From: Octopus vulgaris
Lineage: Eukaryota
Assembly (NCBI GenBank): GCA_951406725.2
Contig: OX597828.1
Coordinates: 66,464,001 to 66,528,000 of the forward strand
DNA length: 64,000 nt
Direction of reading: 5' to 3'
Positions within the stretch are counted from its first letter, which is position 1; each line of letters begins with the position of its first letter. A model generated the notes under the pieces. It saw only the letters and a program-made list of their open reading frames with translations. It had not been told where the DNA came from and searched no databases. Below are positions 24,961 to 39,912 of this stretch, in pieces. The position numbers and the translations under genes are program-made.

Positions 24961-27488
24961 CACACACACACACACACACACGTATATGTATACCGTACTT
25001 AAAATATTTATCAGTCTTATGATAAATAGAAATCTATCTAATAATTTTTCAGTTTTGATCCTTAGTTTATTAATCAGTTGTGTGTGTGTGTTACAAATAA
25101 TGTAAATTTTTATGTCTTCAGTTGTATTCCATAGTTTAAAGGGTGACACAAGGTACTCAGATAATTTTTATGTGAAAATGACTAGTAATTTTAGTGTTCA
25201 ATAACTAATCACTTCAGGATTACCTGTTGTGCTTTTCACTCATAAATTTTGTCAGTTATGGGATGTACTAGTGCCTTTTAACTGAGTATTTTGTTTTTCA
25301 TATAGAAACTTTTTTTCTTCATTTAGCCAATGATTGGTTACTATAAAAAATACTTCCCACCTTCTCTTTGACTATCAACATCTATAAATACACAAAGCTT
25401 TATCAAATTTCTTTTGTTATAAACACATCCAATCCTCTTATCTTTCCCAACCACATTTTTTGTTTATCTGAAATTGTGCAATGCAATTTGTGTCACTTTA
25501 GTGTTAATTTAGGATTCTGTTACAATCATTCCAGGAGCTTGATAAAGAAATACTAAATATAAAAATATCATCAGTGGACATTTTTTCTTGCTGTTACATG
25601 AATACATAAGGAAATTTGTTGGTTGTTGTAAAGATAATTATTTCTAACTTATATACTTCTCTTAACTCTTTAACATGAAACTGGGCATACCCAGCCCAAT
25701 ATTCTACCCATTTTATGTTCAAATTGACCAGATCTGGCCTCTCTGCAATATCATTCTAAAAATAAGCAATCACATCATTGAAATCTCAAAGCTACAAGAT
25801 AATTTATGATAAATTCAAAGCAATGTGAATAAATAATAAGCATTACATTTGATAGAGTAATCTGAATGCAAAAGAATTAAATGACATCTTTTAAAGTGAT
25901 CAGCTGGTATGTATAACCAGTTCTGTCTTGGAATCCCTGAGGGAAATTACTGGTTATTTATCAGTTAAAAGTATTTTGTTCTCAGAACTCCAGTCATTCT
26001 CTCTTAAATTAACACATCTCTGAAATTTTATTTAGATTTCATCCCTGGGTCCTGCTTGAACTTTTAATGTACATTATTAACTATAAAAACTAATGATGGT
26101 GTTTTAGAATAAAATTATTTTCCTTGCAGGTAGAATTTGAAAATCATCAATTCAGATTCATTTTTACTTCTGTAGCTTGAAGGTTACTTAAAATTCAGTC
26201 ATAAGGAGATCAACTCTCTTCCATCTCCCTTGTGGCAATAATAAGGAATTCATTATTCATTGCCAGTTCCTTTGGGAAGCAAGAATATAATTCTCTATTT
26301 CTCTTCCCTATAACTAAATGCTTTCATGCATAATTAAGAAATCTTTTCATCATACAATTTCATCAGCTTTCTAATTTCTGTTTAATTACTCTGTGTACAT
26401 TAATTAATCTTAGAACGATCATAATAAAAGCAGGACAAGAAATGGCAAAATATATAATTGAAATAAAACTTATGAATAATATAGCTTTTATCACTTTAGA
26501 TAAGATTATGATTAAAATTATTTCAAAACTGGGAAATAGAACTTGGTTCAAGCGACTGTCATAGAATCCTTTGGACTAATTTTATGTCATCTGGCATTAA
26601 TTTATGCTTATCACTTAGGGATATGAATAAATATCTATATAACACACATATCCTTACACATCTATGTGTGACTTGTAAATCTCAAAATGAACTGGCATTT
26701 TATCTTCTGTCAAGTACCTCTCTTGCTTCTAGAGTTACAGCTTAGATTAAATTTCATTAGTTTAGTTGTAGTAATGTAAAAAGGTGTGTCAAGTAAAAAT
26801 GGGTTGTCTCTTCCCCCACTCCCTGGCCAACTTTTTTTATCAGTTACTAACTGAAAAAATGATAATACTATTACTGGAGAGGATGTGTTGTTTCTTATAT
26901 ATATTTTGGTTGTTTTATTCTTGTTACAGCATCATCTGACATCAGTTTTCTGAATTAATATTGGAAGAAATTGACATCATTTTAGGTTGCATTTCTTGTA
27001 TATTCACATATAAATTTCCAAAAGTGATATTCAAACTCAAGAGTGAATTCTTTCTGTTACTTAACTACAAAAGTCAAGAATGACAATGCTTGCAGATAAA
27101 ACTGTGATGCTTCCATCTAGACATTCACTTATGATATATAAGTATTGTATTTTGATGGTTATATTCCTATGTGTATGGAAGATTTGATGTTTGGATTGTT
27201 CTCCTTGGATGCATAGTTGCCTGGGTCTTCATTGCTGTTGATAATTATAATACATAGCATGTAGGACAGCGAAGAAGTGTCCGAATCGTTAGATTAGAGC
27301 AAACGTTTTCAAGTGGTTAGAACTTTATATGTTGGGTGTTCAAATTTGGCCAGGGTCAACTTTGCCTTTCATCCTTCCAAAAATGAAAAAGCACTAGTCA
27401 TGTACTGGGGTCAGTTTGACTTAACACTCCACCCTCAAAATTTTTTGACTAAAAAAAGGGCTCGATATCAATTGTAGGATTTTCACCC

Positions 27489-27875
27489 AGGCATGGTTAT
27501 ATGGTAAAAAGCTTGCTTCCCAATTACATAGTTCCAGGTTCAGTCCCATGGTGTAGCACTTTGTGTTTTCTACTATAGCCTTGGGCCAACCAAAGCCATG
27601 TGAGTGGGTTTGGTAGACAGAAACTGAAAGAAGCCTGTCATACCTATGTATGTCTGTGTGTCTTTGTGCCTGTGTTTGTTCCCCACCACCACTTGACAAC
27701 TGGTGTTGGTCTGTTTATGCTCCCATAACTTAGCAGTTCAGCAAAAGAGATCAAGAGAATAAGCACTAAGCTTAAGGGTGGGGGAGTACTGGGGTCAGTT
27801 TATTCAACTAAAAGTTATTCAAGGCGGTGCCCCAACATGGCCACAAACTAATAACTGAAACAAATAAAATATTAA
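27489..27875 (+). mobile_element. SINE family B1, full length
   Basis: Colinear with 14029-14370. Confidence 0.85.
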
Positions 27876-28423
27876 AGATACAGCAACTGATGGATGTAGT
27901 CTACTGTGCAAGTGTGTGTGTGTGAGCGCACGTGCATGTGTGTGCAATTAGTCTTGTTGAGAAAAAATTTAGTTTAACTCAACTGAACTTTAGTTTTAAT
28001 GCAACCTTCACTGCAACACTAAGTAAGTTCACATATGCATCTGATATTGTATATACTAATACATAACTAAGAAATGCATATCTGCTTTACATTTTTTTTT
28101 ATTTCTTCTTCAATAACATGTTGCATATTTTCATGTCTGAATTTGTACTACTGTTAATATGTTAGTACTGCTGGCAATGCTAGTACTGTTACTTCAAATG
28201 TGAATTGTCAGAGCTGTGGACTGGTGATTATTTTTTTCTTTCTTTCTTTTTTTATTTTGGACTTCAAAAATTTAAACATAGGCCATCAAGTGAAGAAAGG
28301 AATAACAAAGTTTAGTATTAGTTTACGAGCTAATTAGATGTCTAGTTGGATTGTTGTTATAGAAAAAATATGATGGTAGTTTTCACCATTTATTTTCTCT
28401 TTTCTATTAGCAACCATAACTGC

Positions 28424-28462
<39 letters not shown>

Positions 28463-29569
28463 TACAATCAATTTAACATCTGTGTTCTTCCATGTTGGCA
28501 TTTATAAACTTCGCTATTAAAATATATTCGTTCTCCTGATTGCTTTCATAAAGCCTACTCTTTAGACATGGTTTTAATGTTCTTACCAAAGTTGCTTTTT
28601 CGCTCTATTATTTCACCAGCTGTTATTACGCTCACCACAACCATACTCATCATCATCATCATCATCATCATCATTATTCTCAATGGATCATGAATCCTAA
28701 CTGAATTTTCATTCTGTAGAATTGTTATTTGCTTTTAAGTATTTCTCCTTTCACCTTTTAGTCTAATATAGAAACATAATCTCTTCCTTCACCAAAATCT
28801 GGAATTACCTTGTTTTTAGTAAACCAGAATTTGTTAATATACCGAATGTAGTTAGAAATACATTTATTAACTTTTAGTGGAAATGTTCGTGCTGTTCTCT
28901 TTCTAAATGTAGTTGGTATTTAACATGCAGGTGGCTACATATTCGTTCGGTACACAGTTTCCACATTTATCTTCATTTCAAGTGAACATTTTGGAATAAA
29001 TTTAAAAAAAAAAAAAGAAAAAAAAGAGCAACCTTGCCATATGAAATGAACGAACGGAATTGACAGTGCAACACTTTTATTGAACATTTATGGGTTTGTT
29101 TTTTTTTTCCCCAATCTACAAAAAGAAACACCTTCAAAACGAACAAAAATATAAAATATGACAACTGATTTCAATAAAACTGAGCAGCAGTGTTATATTT
29201 GCTGTTGTTGTTGTTGCTGCTGCGGTTGTTTAGCTGCAGGTGATATCTGATTGAGTAAACCATGATCAAAGACATTCAAGCTGTAACCATTCTCTCTCTC
29301 TCTCTCTCTCTACATTGTAAGACAACATTATATGATGTGTTCTATCTATTTTTTTTTAAGTGACAAGCTTAGTGGAATTTAGCTGCTCTTTTTAGCAAGA
29401 TCAACAGGCTCACTTGCTAGATTGTTGTCTATGTAGCTGTCCAGTAAAGTGACCAACAACCTGTACAGTGTATAAAATGGTTGATAGACAATCAAGGACA
29501 GCAGTAGGAGAAAGAGTACCTTTTAGTCTTGTCAAGGGCATGACAACCTTTCCAGGACTGGTGTCACGT

Positions 29570-29607
<38 letters not shown>

Positions 29608-29841
29608 ACTTTATGTGGTTGGTGTTAGGAAGAGCATCTAACCATAGAAACTGCCAGACATGGACATCCAGCCCATATAGCAGGATAATAACTCTGACAA
29701 GAACTAACCCAGGCCATAACTCAACTGTACAACCCACCTCGGCATGGAAAGCAGACATAAAAATGATGGTAGAGAAACTAATTTCATTTGAAATGTCATA
29801 CAAAAGGACTGATGCATTTTGTCATTAAAGATATGGCCAGT

Positions 29842-30310
29842 TTAACCCTTTAGTGTCCAGATTACTTTGTCAAATGTAATACTTAATTTATTCACATTGT
29901 TTTGAATCAATCATGCATCATCTTGTAGCTTTGAGATTTCAGTGATGTGATTGTTTATTTTTAAAATGACATTGTAGAGTAGGTGTGATAGGCCAGATTT
30001 GGCCAGTTAAAACGTAAAACAGGTAGGATGTATAAGGTGGCGAGCTGGTAGAAACGTTAGCATGCCGGGGGAAATGCGTAGCCGTAATTCATCTGCCGCT
30101 ACGTTCTGAGTTCAAATTCCGCCGAGGTCAACTTTGCCTTTCATCCTTTCGGGGTCAATTAAATAAGTACCAGTTATGCACTGGGGTCGATTTAATTGAC
30201 TTAATCCGTTTGTCTGTCCTTGTTTGTCCTCTCTGTGTTTAGCGCCTTGTGGGTAGTAAAGAAATAGGTAGAATATTTGAGGTGAATATGGTCTGTTTAA
30301 ATGCTAAAAA
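29842..30310. mobile_element. Family C MITE interrupted by a family A SINE
   Basis: MITE sequence stops at ...AAACAGGTAG (~30026) and resumes at GGTAGAATATTTG (30267). Confidence 0.8.
30036..30266 (+). mobile_element. tRNA-derived SINE, family A
   Basis: GGCGAGCTGGTAGAAACGTTAG head, GAGTTCAAATTCC B-box, GCCTTTCATCCTTTCGGGGTC domain; near-identical to the 41138 and 48221 copies. Confidence 0.9.
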
Positions 30311-30782
30311 CTTGATTTTTGTAAAATTTATTCTTTTTCTCATATAGCTTCATTGCTTTTTTTTTTTCTTTCTTTTTTCTCGACATATACATTTTGTGTG
30401 TCTTGTTGTTCTAGAAATTTCACAACAGAATTAGAAGTGTTGTGGGGTGTGGGTGGGGGGTAAAGAGATATTGTGAATCACAGTCTCTTTGAAGAAACCA
30501 AATTTTTGTTGGCACCATTTCGACTAAAATGAACAGATACTGTTATTCCATTGCAAAAAGATTGCAGTTAACTCTGTAAACAGATATTCCTGTGAATTAT
30601 ATTTGCAGCTTCTATATATATATTTAAAAAGACAAATCTTCTTTTCATTTAACCCTGTACTATTCACATTATTCTGTCAAAAGTAATGCTTATTTATTCA
30701 CATTCTTTTGAATTAATCATGTATTATCTTGAATGAAAGGAAATATTAGCTAATGCAATCTTATACATGGGGAAAAAAAAAA

Positions 30783-31180
30783 GTGGCTGTGTGATAAGAA
30801 GCCTGCTTTCCAACCACATGGTTCTGGGTTCAGTCCCACTGCATAGCACCTTGGGCAAGTGTTTTCTACTATAGCTTTGGGCTGACCAAAGCCTTGTGGG
30901 TGGATTTGATAGACGAAAACTGAAAGAATCCCATCGTGTGTGTGTGTGTGTATTTTATGTGAGTGTCTTTGTGTCTGTGTTTGTCCCTCCACCATTGCTT
31001 GACAACCGATGTTGACGTGTTTATGTTCTCATAACTTAGTGGTTCGGCAAAGATACTGATAGAGTTAGTACTTGGCTTACAAAGAATAAGTCGGGGGGGG
31101 GGACGATTTCTTTGATGAAAACCTTTTAAGGCAGTGCTCCAACATGGCCACAGTCTAATAACTGAAACAAGTAACAGAAT
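30783..31180 (+). mobile_element. SINE family B1, full length
   Basis: Colinear with 14029-14370. Confidence 0.85.
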
Positions 31181-31441
31181 AACAGGGATGGAGACATGAT
31201 TGGAATGATTCTGGATTATATGTTTGAATTGACTTGGGACTAGACAACAACAACAACAGCAACAACAAAAGAGATATTTGCTGTGTTGTGGACTTGTGAT
31301 GCAAATGGATAATGAATGCTGGATGGAGAAGCATTATGTATTGTTAGTGTAGGGGTACCTTTGAGAAGTGATGGTGAAGTTAGATCACATGATACTAAAC
31401 CTCACAGATAAGCCGATATACTGTAAAGAATTCTCTTTGTA

Positions 31442-31685
31442 ATCATCATTGTCCAATGTCTACTTTCCCATGCTTGCATGGGTCAGACAGTTTGTTGAGG
31501 CAGATTCTCTACTGCTGGATGCCCTTGTTGCCAACCATCATCTGTTTCTAAGTAAGATATTCCCCCATGACTAGGCATGTTTACATGGAGGATTGAAGAT
31601 GAAGGACACCACTTGCATGATGGTGACATTTTTTTTACAACTATTTCTTAAAGTCAAGAAGGTGACAGACAGACACACACACATG
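31442..31685 (-). mobile_element. 3' half of SINE family B2 (RTE-type tail)
   Basis: Reverse complement of 15660-15883; also homologous to 63770-63998. Confidence 0.65.
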
Positions 31686-32370
31686 CAAAAAAAACCCCAA
31701 AAATCTGGTGTCTTAGTCAAGGACACAACACACTACCAGTAATCAAACCCATGACCTTACAATCATGAGCCAAATACCCTAACCACTAAACCATGCACCT
31801 CCACCACATACATACATACATTATATATAAGATTGGCTTCTTTCAGTTTCTCTCAACCAAATCCACTCACAATGTCAGCCCAGGGCTATAGTTGAACACA
31901 TTTGCCCAAGGTTCCATGTTGTGGGACTGAACCCAAGACCCTGTGGTTGGGAAGCAAACTTCTTATTACACAACCTCATTTGTGTTTTACAATTACAATG
32001 CTAACGTGTTTTAGAATTAGCATAGGGTGAAAATTTGAATAATTACCTATGGCTTCTTGATGAACAGTGCAAGATCAAGACTCTCCAACTCATGCCAGTC
32101 TTGATTAATGAAAGCAAAGCAAATGATGATAGTCCTGACTTAAGAAATAGTATCTTATTTCGGATTGCAATATATTAATTAACTACAACAGTTTGAAATC
32201 AGCTGTTGTGACTCTACACCAATATAAATTCACATTTAATTCTCTGCAGAGGAATGAATGACCGTTGTCTTGAATCATTAAAGAAGATTAAGGTTATAGT
32301 TCTCCTAGTTGCCGGTCAAGTGATATTTTCACTACATCAATATCAGTTTTTGCCTACATGCAGTCTCTCG

Positions 32371-32407
<37 letters not shown>

Positions 32408-35400
32408 CTATTGTGGCATGAACTGGACAAGTCTGCTGTATTGTTTCTTTCTTTTGTTCTTGTCTTTTCCTTGCTGTATCTTTCATTTTAATAATCGTTA
32501 GTAGTTTTTACCTCTTTGTCTTTATGAACGTGTGTGTTTAGGTGCGATGTAGGTTTGCAACAAAAATATTTCTAAATGTTAATTTGTAGCTGTAAAGATT
32601 CATGATATCATCACCATAAGACAAGAATATTTGTGTGAGCATGCTAAGCTTGTGCTTTTAGAAGTATTAGTGAGTAGGAAGTGAGTGTCAGACAATTGTA
32701 TGAGAAACATTTCAGTTTTTGTTTCATCGACATTATCTGTGAGTTAATGGCAGGCTTATGTTGTTCGTGGTTCATTTGTTCACAAGAAATCAATAAGAGG
32801 AATTTGCTGCTGTGCTCTATGCTGAGGAAAAAATTGGCTATTAATACCAAGTGATGTTAGCTATGTCAGTGCATTCCTTGTACATATAAAATTGTGCAAT
32901 GAATAACAGATAGAAAAATTAATATTTCTCTACGTATCTTAGCAAAATACTATAATCTTTATTTTTCTAGTATTTAATAGCTTTTTTTTCTTTTCTGTAC
33001 TCTTTCTCTCTCTCTCTTCTTAAGATGCTATTTCCTCTCTTTTATTAGTAAATTGGATTGTTAGCTAATTTAGAGTTGTAAACTAGTCTTTTTTTAAATT
33101 TTCCTGAATTCATCCCCATCCCCTGTTATTTTGCATCCTCGTGTCTGTGTGTGCTTTTCTGTATTCAAACGGATTGAATAGATTGAATATAATTGCTTTT
33201 CTTCAACTGCTGAACCATTGTTAATTTAAACTTTGAAGTTAGCCAAAGCAACCTTATTGGCGTCTTACCGTTCTTTAGTCGAGATCTACACATTCTACAT
33301 ACTGTTTTTTGCCATTTCTTTTCATTCGTGTTGTATCACTCAGGTTTATTCTCTTTCATTGAAACACTTTACCTTTATTATATTTGTTTATCAAAATGTA
33401 GACATCCAGTTCAACTAAAAGCTATTACCTTGACAATTAACCACATTTCTATAGAGTTAATGTGATGGCAATCTGCAAACAAAGCAGGCAACATTGGTTG
33501 TAATGAGGATGGCAATGGTGTCGTTTGTAATTAAATGTTTATCATTAGCTTCCTTTTCATACATCTTAATTAGTTTATAGATTCTTTGCTTTCAGTTGAT
33601 TTTATTTTTACCTCTTGCAATAATAGATCCTAACATAAGTATCTACTAATCCAAAACTAAAGCAGAGTGCCTTACCACATCTCTTTGAGGCAAAAAAAAC
33701 CCCATCAGTTTTTAATGCAAATTATTTCTGTTTTATTAATTAGGCTATGCACTGGATTAATATTTCAACTTGGTGTACTTCTTTCTAATATTACTTTCAT
33801 TAGCATGCTCGTTAGATAGGTTCACTTTGCCACTGGCTTAATCAAAACAAAACCTGTAGTATTAATAAAAGCAGATATTTTCTGTTGCATATTTGTTTCG
33901 GTGTAGTCTAGAAACTGTAACATTTACTGGTTTAGATAAAGGAACAGAGAAAAATTCTGTGAATTTCAGTTTGTTGGCAGCTCTTTCTGCACACATTTTT
34001 CACCTCTTGAACATCTATTCCCTCTTCAAGAGAAAATGTTGGCAAAATATTGAATAAGGCAGCTATTTTAGTAAGCTTCTTATAAGTGACTTCTCTGGGG
34101 GTTGCTTATCTTCTGATACTGTTGCTATTCATGTCTTTTGATTCTGGTACCAACATTTCATTTGTATACTACTAAGAATACTGCTACTCTTGTTAAATGG
34201 CAATATTCTCACTATACTATTCAAAAGATTCGTCTTCATTGTTAAACAGAATCTGATTTAGTAGTCAAACATTCACCATGATCTGATAATTTTAGCATAT
34301 CCTTTTTGAGTAAATTAGAGATAGAGGGACTTGCTTGCGGTGATGTGAGTTAGTGCATATCAAAATACCAGATAATTTCTCATTAGTATCAGCCACTGGA
34401 TTATGGCCATGCTGGAGGTCTAACTGCAAAGGTTTTAGTTATATTAATCCCGGTACTTATTTATTTCAGTCTGGTATTTGCTTTATCTATCACTATTTGT
34501 TGAACAACTAAGCTCCAGGACAGAAAATGACAACATAATGTAGATAAAGCTAGTTTTTAGACTGGTGTAAAAACATGCACGCACATGCATGCACACACAG
34601 GATTTCTGCACAGTTTCTATTGACCAAAATCCACTCTTAAAGTACAAGTCAACTGGAAACCATGGCAGAAGACACTTGCCCAAGGGACCTCGTAACATGG
34701 TCATATATCTTCCATTATAGTAAACAGCATATATCAAGGTCTATTTTATATCCCACAAAAGCAGCATGAGCATAACTTACAAATGTTCTTTCTCATTCAC
34801 CATGGACTGACCGGGCATCTATTTTCTGATTATGATAGATATTTATAAATAGAAGAAGAAAAAAAAGCTCAATAGCAGATACAAATAAACCAAGTTGTAA
34901 GTTTTGTAGGTTATGCAAATGTGTGTACATGTTCTGATTTTTTGATACTGTGTGTGTATATATATATATATTTTATAATTTGTATATATTTATTTTATTA
35001 TAAATGCAAAACAACACCACGGAGGAATTGTAAGCTCAAATAATAAACCACAATATTGCGAGGGTTTACTGTGTTTAATTTTAAGCACTATTTTAGTGGC
35101 CATGAATGGTAGAAAAACACTCATGTTCCTGGTTGATTTTTTTTTTTTTTTTAAATTAATATTTTACATAAATGATATTAGAAATTATCGAATGAAGTAG
35201 AAAATTGAATGATAAAAGAAATTCTTAATGAATTCCTTATTAAGTTTATATCATACCAGAAATTAGAGAGAAATGGACTTGATATCTTTTCACATGGATT
35301 TAACTCTGGGGTAGATAAATATTTGACATCAAATTAATATTACCTATTTCTAAGCCGATGCAAAATGCTTAGTGATATTTCATCTGTCAAATTCTGCAAA

Positions 35401-35786
35401 GGTCAACTTTGCCCTTCATTTTTCCAGGGTTGATAAAATATGTACGAGTTAAACACCTGGGTAGATGTAATCACCTTACACCCTCCTCTGAACTTGCTTG
35501 CCTTGTGCCAAAATTTGAAATCAATATTACCTATTTTTGTAAAATAATTGCAAAAGTTTTCAAATAGTGAACTGTGAAAGTAATTATAAACAGAAAGCAA
35601 TTATTTAGACTAATTTGCTCATTAGTTTTATGATATGGTATTTGTTATATAAATGTTTGGTATTACGATTAAACTCAGAGATATAATTATTTTCTTAAAA
35701 TTTAATTTCTTTTACACATATAATTATTTTTAGTGTTCTACACTAGACATAGGTTGGAATTTAAAAAAATATTTTAAGAGCTAATT

Positions 35787-35994
35787 TTAACCCTTTATTA
35801 CTCAGATTACTCTGTCAAATGTAATGTGGTTTTGAATTAATCATGCATTATCTCATAGCTTTAAGATTTCAACGATGTAATTGTTTACTTTTAGTAGGTA
35901 CAGTAGGTGCGAGAGACCAGATCTGGCTAGTTTGAACAAAAAACAGGTTCGATATTTGGGTCGAATATGGCCAGTTTAAATGTTAAAGGGTTAA
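35787..35994. mobile_element. piggyBac-like MITE, family C
   Basis: TTAACCCTTTA...TAAAGGGTTAA. Confidence 0.85.
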
Positions 35995-38051
35995 GTCATA
36001 AAACATTTGTTTTCCCTTGAGACCAAGCTATAGAATATACTAATAAAAGCCTGGAACAAGATAGGCCTTAACTAGAATGGGTTAAAAACAATTAATGAAA
36101 AGAAAGAATAGAAAGCTACTCTAATGAAATTTAATTTAGATTGTAATGGAATATATTTTTGTGGTCCTTGCTATTTGCAATTCTGTCATAGGGCATGAAA
36201 CTTCATTAACGATCATTCAAAGTTATTAAAACTCTAATTTGAAAATATATGGGTCGTTAACTTCTCATGAAAAACAAATTATGACAACCTTTTCTAATCT
36301 TAGGCTATGTTTATTCTTTTTCTTTTTCACAGCCTGTACAAGAACATACTGGAATAAATGTAAGTTGGGTTTTTGTTTTTTTTTAGGTTTTGATATAAAT
36401 CGGGTTCTCAACCATTTTTCACCTATTTTTTACCCTTTGGTTACTATTCTACCTAGTGGACCCTCATAGCCATTCAGTGTTTATAAACTAGTTTTATAGA
36501 TACATTTTTCAAAATTCTTAGAAAGGATCTACAGATGTTGGGACTCACAGACGGGATAAAGGGACCTAGGTTTCTGATGGTTGGGTGTCCTTGCATACAG
36601 GCTGTTCTCCTGCATCCCTCTCCAGCTGAGCTTTCCTAACCTTGCAAGCTCGTGGGTGCTGGTGCCACGTGAAAAGCACCCATCCTGATGTCACCTAAAT
36701 GCACCCATGCCAGTGCTGTGTAAAAGGACTCGGTACATTGTAAAGTGGTTGGTGTTAGGACAGACATCCAGCTGTAGAAACCATGCCAAAACAGACATGG
36801 AGCCTCGGAAGCTTTTCAGCTGGCCAGCTCCTGTCAAACCATCCGACCCATGCCAGTATCGAAAACAGATGTTAAATGATGATGATGATGAGTAGCTGAG
36901 GAACCAGAAATTATATATCATCTCACTCTTTCTCATCATCTGTCTTTTTTCTACAATTACTAGATATTCACTTCCCACTCACCCAGTTTGAAAGCATCCA
37001 AAAGTTTCATTCATTATCAACAAACATTTTGGATGATAGCATCCTCTAAATACACACAATGACCCAAAATTTTTGATTGATTCATTTTATTCTGTGCACA
37101 TCAATAGAATTGTTTTTGAAAAGAAAACATTGAAAAGACTATCTCAGTTCTTATCCATAGATTTATACTTATATTCATTCACTTTGTCTTCTACTTCCTC
37201 TCACACTCTCTCTCTAACTACACACACACACACATATATATATATATGTGTGTATATATTTATCTATGTATGTATGTATGTATAGCGTTTTTAATACTTT
37301 CATGAAGATTCTACAGTTCTATACGGCAACAAGTGATCACTGATGTTAATATCAGTTCATGTAAAAAAAAATTCATGGCATCCTATATCTGTTCATAAAA
37401 TAAAAAATTCACTATAAAGTGACAACATTTGAACTGATGATGACAGAAGTAAAGTTGATGATGACAAAATTAAGGGGACAACTGATGATAACAAATCTGA
37501 GATTGGCATTGATGGCAAGATCAAAGTTAATAATATTGAGTGGAGAAACCCCGTAAAACAACATTAATTTCATATCTCTCTTTCCTACTTCTTAGTAGCT
37601 GCTGCTGTCTCTTTTGCTGGATCTCTCATTCCTCAGCTTATGGTGTGTGTGGGTGTGTGTGTGTGTGTGTGTGCGGGTTTGATTGTGAGATGAAAAACAA
37701 AAAAGCCAGAAGTGGTTAAAACTGAATTGGCATATGGCTCGTGAGAGAAAACTTATTCTTAAGTATTTAGCATATTCTGTTGCAGTCGTACTAATTTAAG
37801 CTTAATTATAATTCCAAACCATCTAATACAAATTTTGTAGTTAAGCTACTTTTGAAAGATACTTAAGGAAGTCTATTCAGATTTGGTTGTTAGGAACAAT
37901 TTTTGACAGAGCCGTTGTTCGTGGGGTGATAAGAATTATTTGAATCGATTTTTAAGCCTTACTAGTATTTATTGGCCTCAGAGGGATAAAAAGTAAAGGT
38001 GAGAATGGTAAGCAATTAGGCCGTCAACTATCTTCGTTATTTATCGGTATA

Positions 38052-38265
38052 ATATTGGTTTCAAATTTTGGCTCAAGGCCAGCAATTTTCGGGGAGGAAT
38101 TAAGTCACTGATATCAATCTCATTCCTCAACTGGTACTTATTTTATTGACCTTGAAAATATGATAGGCAAAGTCAACCTCTATGGAACTCAGAGCGTAAA
38201 GATGGATGAAATGCTGTTAAGCATTTTGCCTGGTGTGTTAATGTTTTTGCCATCTCGCTGCCTTA
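38052..38265 (-). mobile_element. Older family A-type SINE (variant tail GGCCTTGNGCCAAAATTTGAAACC)
   Basis: Shares head and middle domain with 41138; related decayed copies at ~9015-9210, ~27265-27450, ~35350-35527. Confidence 0.75.
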
Positions 38266-39371
38266 ATTAACCACTTTAATATTAACAAATAAAACTTCTC
38301 CCAACTTTCTGCAATTTTAAAGCATTGATTTTCAATTTTGGCTAATTAATAATATTATCTCAATTTCATTTATGGTATCTGGTATATAAAGCATCATCAG
38401 CAGGGTGTTGATGTGGTTACTTAACCTGCTGGAAATATCAACCAAATCTTCATCTACTATTTTAGAAAAAAAAAAAAAAGGACACAAAGAAAAAAAAAGA
38501 CAAGATCATGAGGTAGGAAAGACAAAATTGTCAGTACTTAAACCCCTGTAATCTTAGGTCTGCTTGATCAGAAATGCCATAAATGGTAAACATGATACAT
38601 TGGAATGGGAGGTGGTAGTGATTGAGGTAATAGAAATGGAGAGAGACAACATGATGTAGTTTTAAGCTTGTACTTGGTCTTTGAATTTCAAACGCTGTAG
38701 ACATTTCAAGAAGTATATTTGACAAGAAATAACACAAAACCCCTATTGGTGCTCTCTCTCTCGTATATATATATATATATAAGATCTGACTGGCCTGGTG
38801 CAGCTTTCGGGCTCCCCAGACCCCAGTTGAACCGTCCAACCCATGCTAGCATGGAAAGCGGACGTTAAATGATGATGATGATATATATATATATATATAT
38901 AGAATGAAATTTGCTTAGAGAGTGCCAACCCAAGATGTTCAAAGCATTTTCATCCCCCACCAAAATTTTAGGAGGTAAGCTTGCACTCCCTGCACACCCC
39001 TGTTCTCAAGCTGATATATATATATATGTATGTATGTATGTATATATATATGTATGTATCTATCTATCTATCTATCTATCTATATCAGAGACAATTATTC
39101 TTTTATAATATTTTTCTCCCTTCTGTTTATATCCCTTACACTTTACATTCTAACTCATATATATATATATAGTCTGATAAGGGCTAGCAGGCTGAAACTT
39201 CAAAGTCACAGTTACTATGTAAAAGTTTAATATACTGCTTAGTATAATGGTACAGAACACTCAGCCAGACTCTGAGAGGTATGGGGTCCAGTTCACTATA
39301 GCCACCTGGTGGCAACTTTGGTAATGGTGGTGCCCCAGCATGGTTGCAGCTCTTGAGATGAAACTAGTAAA

Positions 39372-39405
<34 letters not shown>

Positions 39406-39912
39406 TCTTTACTTGTTTCGTTCGTTTGACTGTGGCCATGCTGGAGCACTGCCTTTAGTTGAGCAAATCGACCCTAGGTCTTATTCTTTGTAGGCCTAGT
39501 ACTTATTCTATCAGTCTCTTTTGCCAAACTGCTAAATATATACATATCGTTATGCAGATATTGAAACAAAAGTTTATAACATTGTTCAAGATTGTAGGGG
39601 ACTATTTACTGTGGAAAATACTAACAAAAATAAGGAAAATACAAAATTAAATTAATTATTATTGATATATAAAATAAATGGTATAATTAAATATTAGAAT
39701 TAAAATATATTAACAAGCTGTAGATCAAAAATAGAAAGAGTAAGCTGCATGTTAATTAAAATTGATTAAACCAAAAGATTAATTTTCTTGTTCAATCTTC
39801 TAGCACTTGATGGCACATCGTTACGTTCATAGCATGATTCTAATGGTTCTAAACATACGATGGTAGTAAAAGTATTTATGAATGGTAAGTTGCAAGGGCA
39901 ACCAGAAAACGC

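Noticed and set aside
30036-30125. tRNA-like A/B boxes
   Set aside because: SINE heads with no closed cloverleaf, so not tRNA genes; the same holds for families B and G.
31185-31430. Possible decayed RTE ORF fragment
   Set aside because: Similarity to the WYGHVMRM-type motif is too degraded to support without a search.
37430-37567. TGATGA/CTGA motifs suggesting a C/D snoRNA, and an acidic frame TDDDRSKVDDDKIK...
   Set aside because: Looks like a decayed GAT-rich repeat; no terminal stem, recognisable guide sequence, start codon or splice sites.
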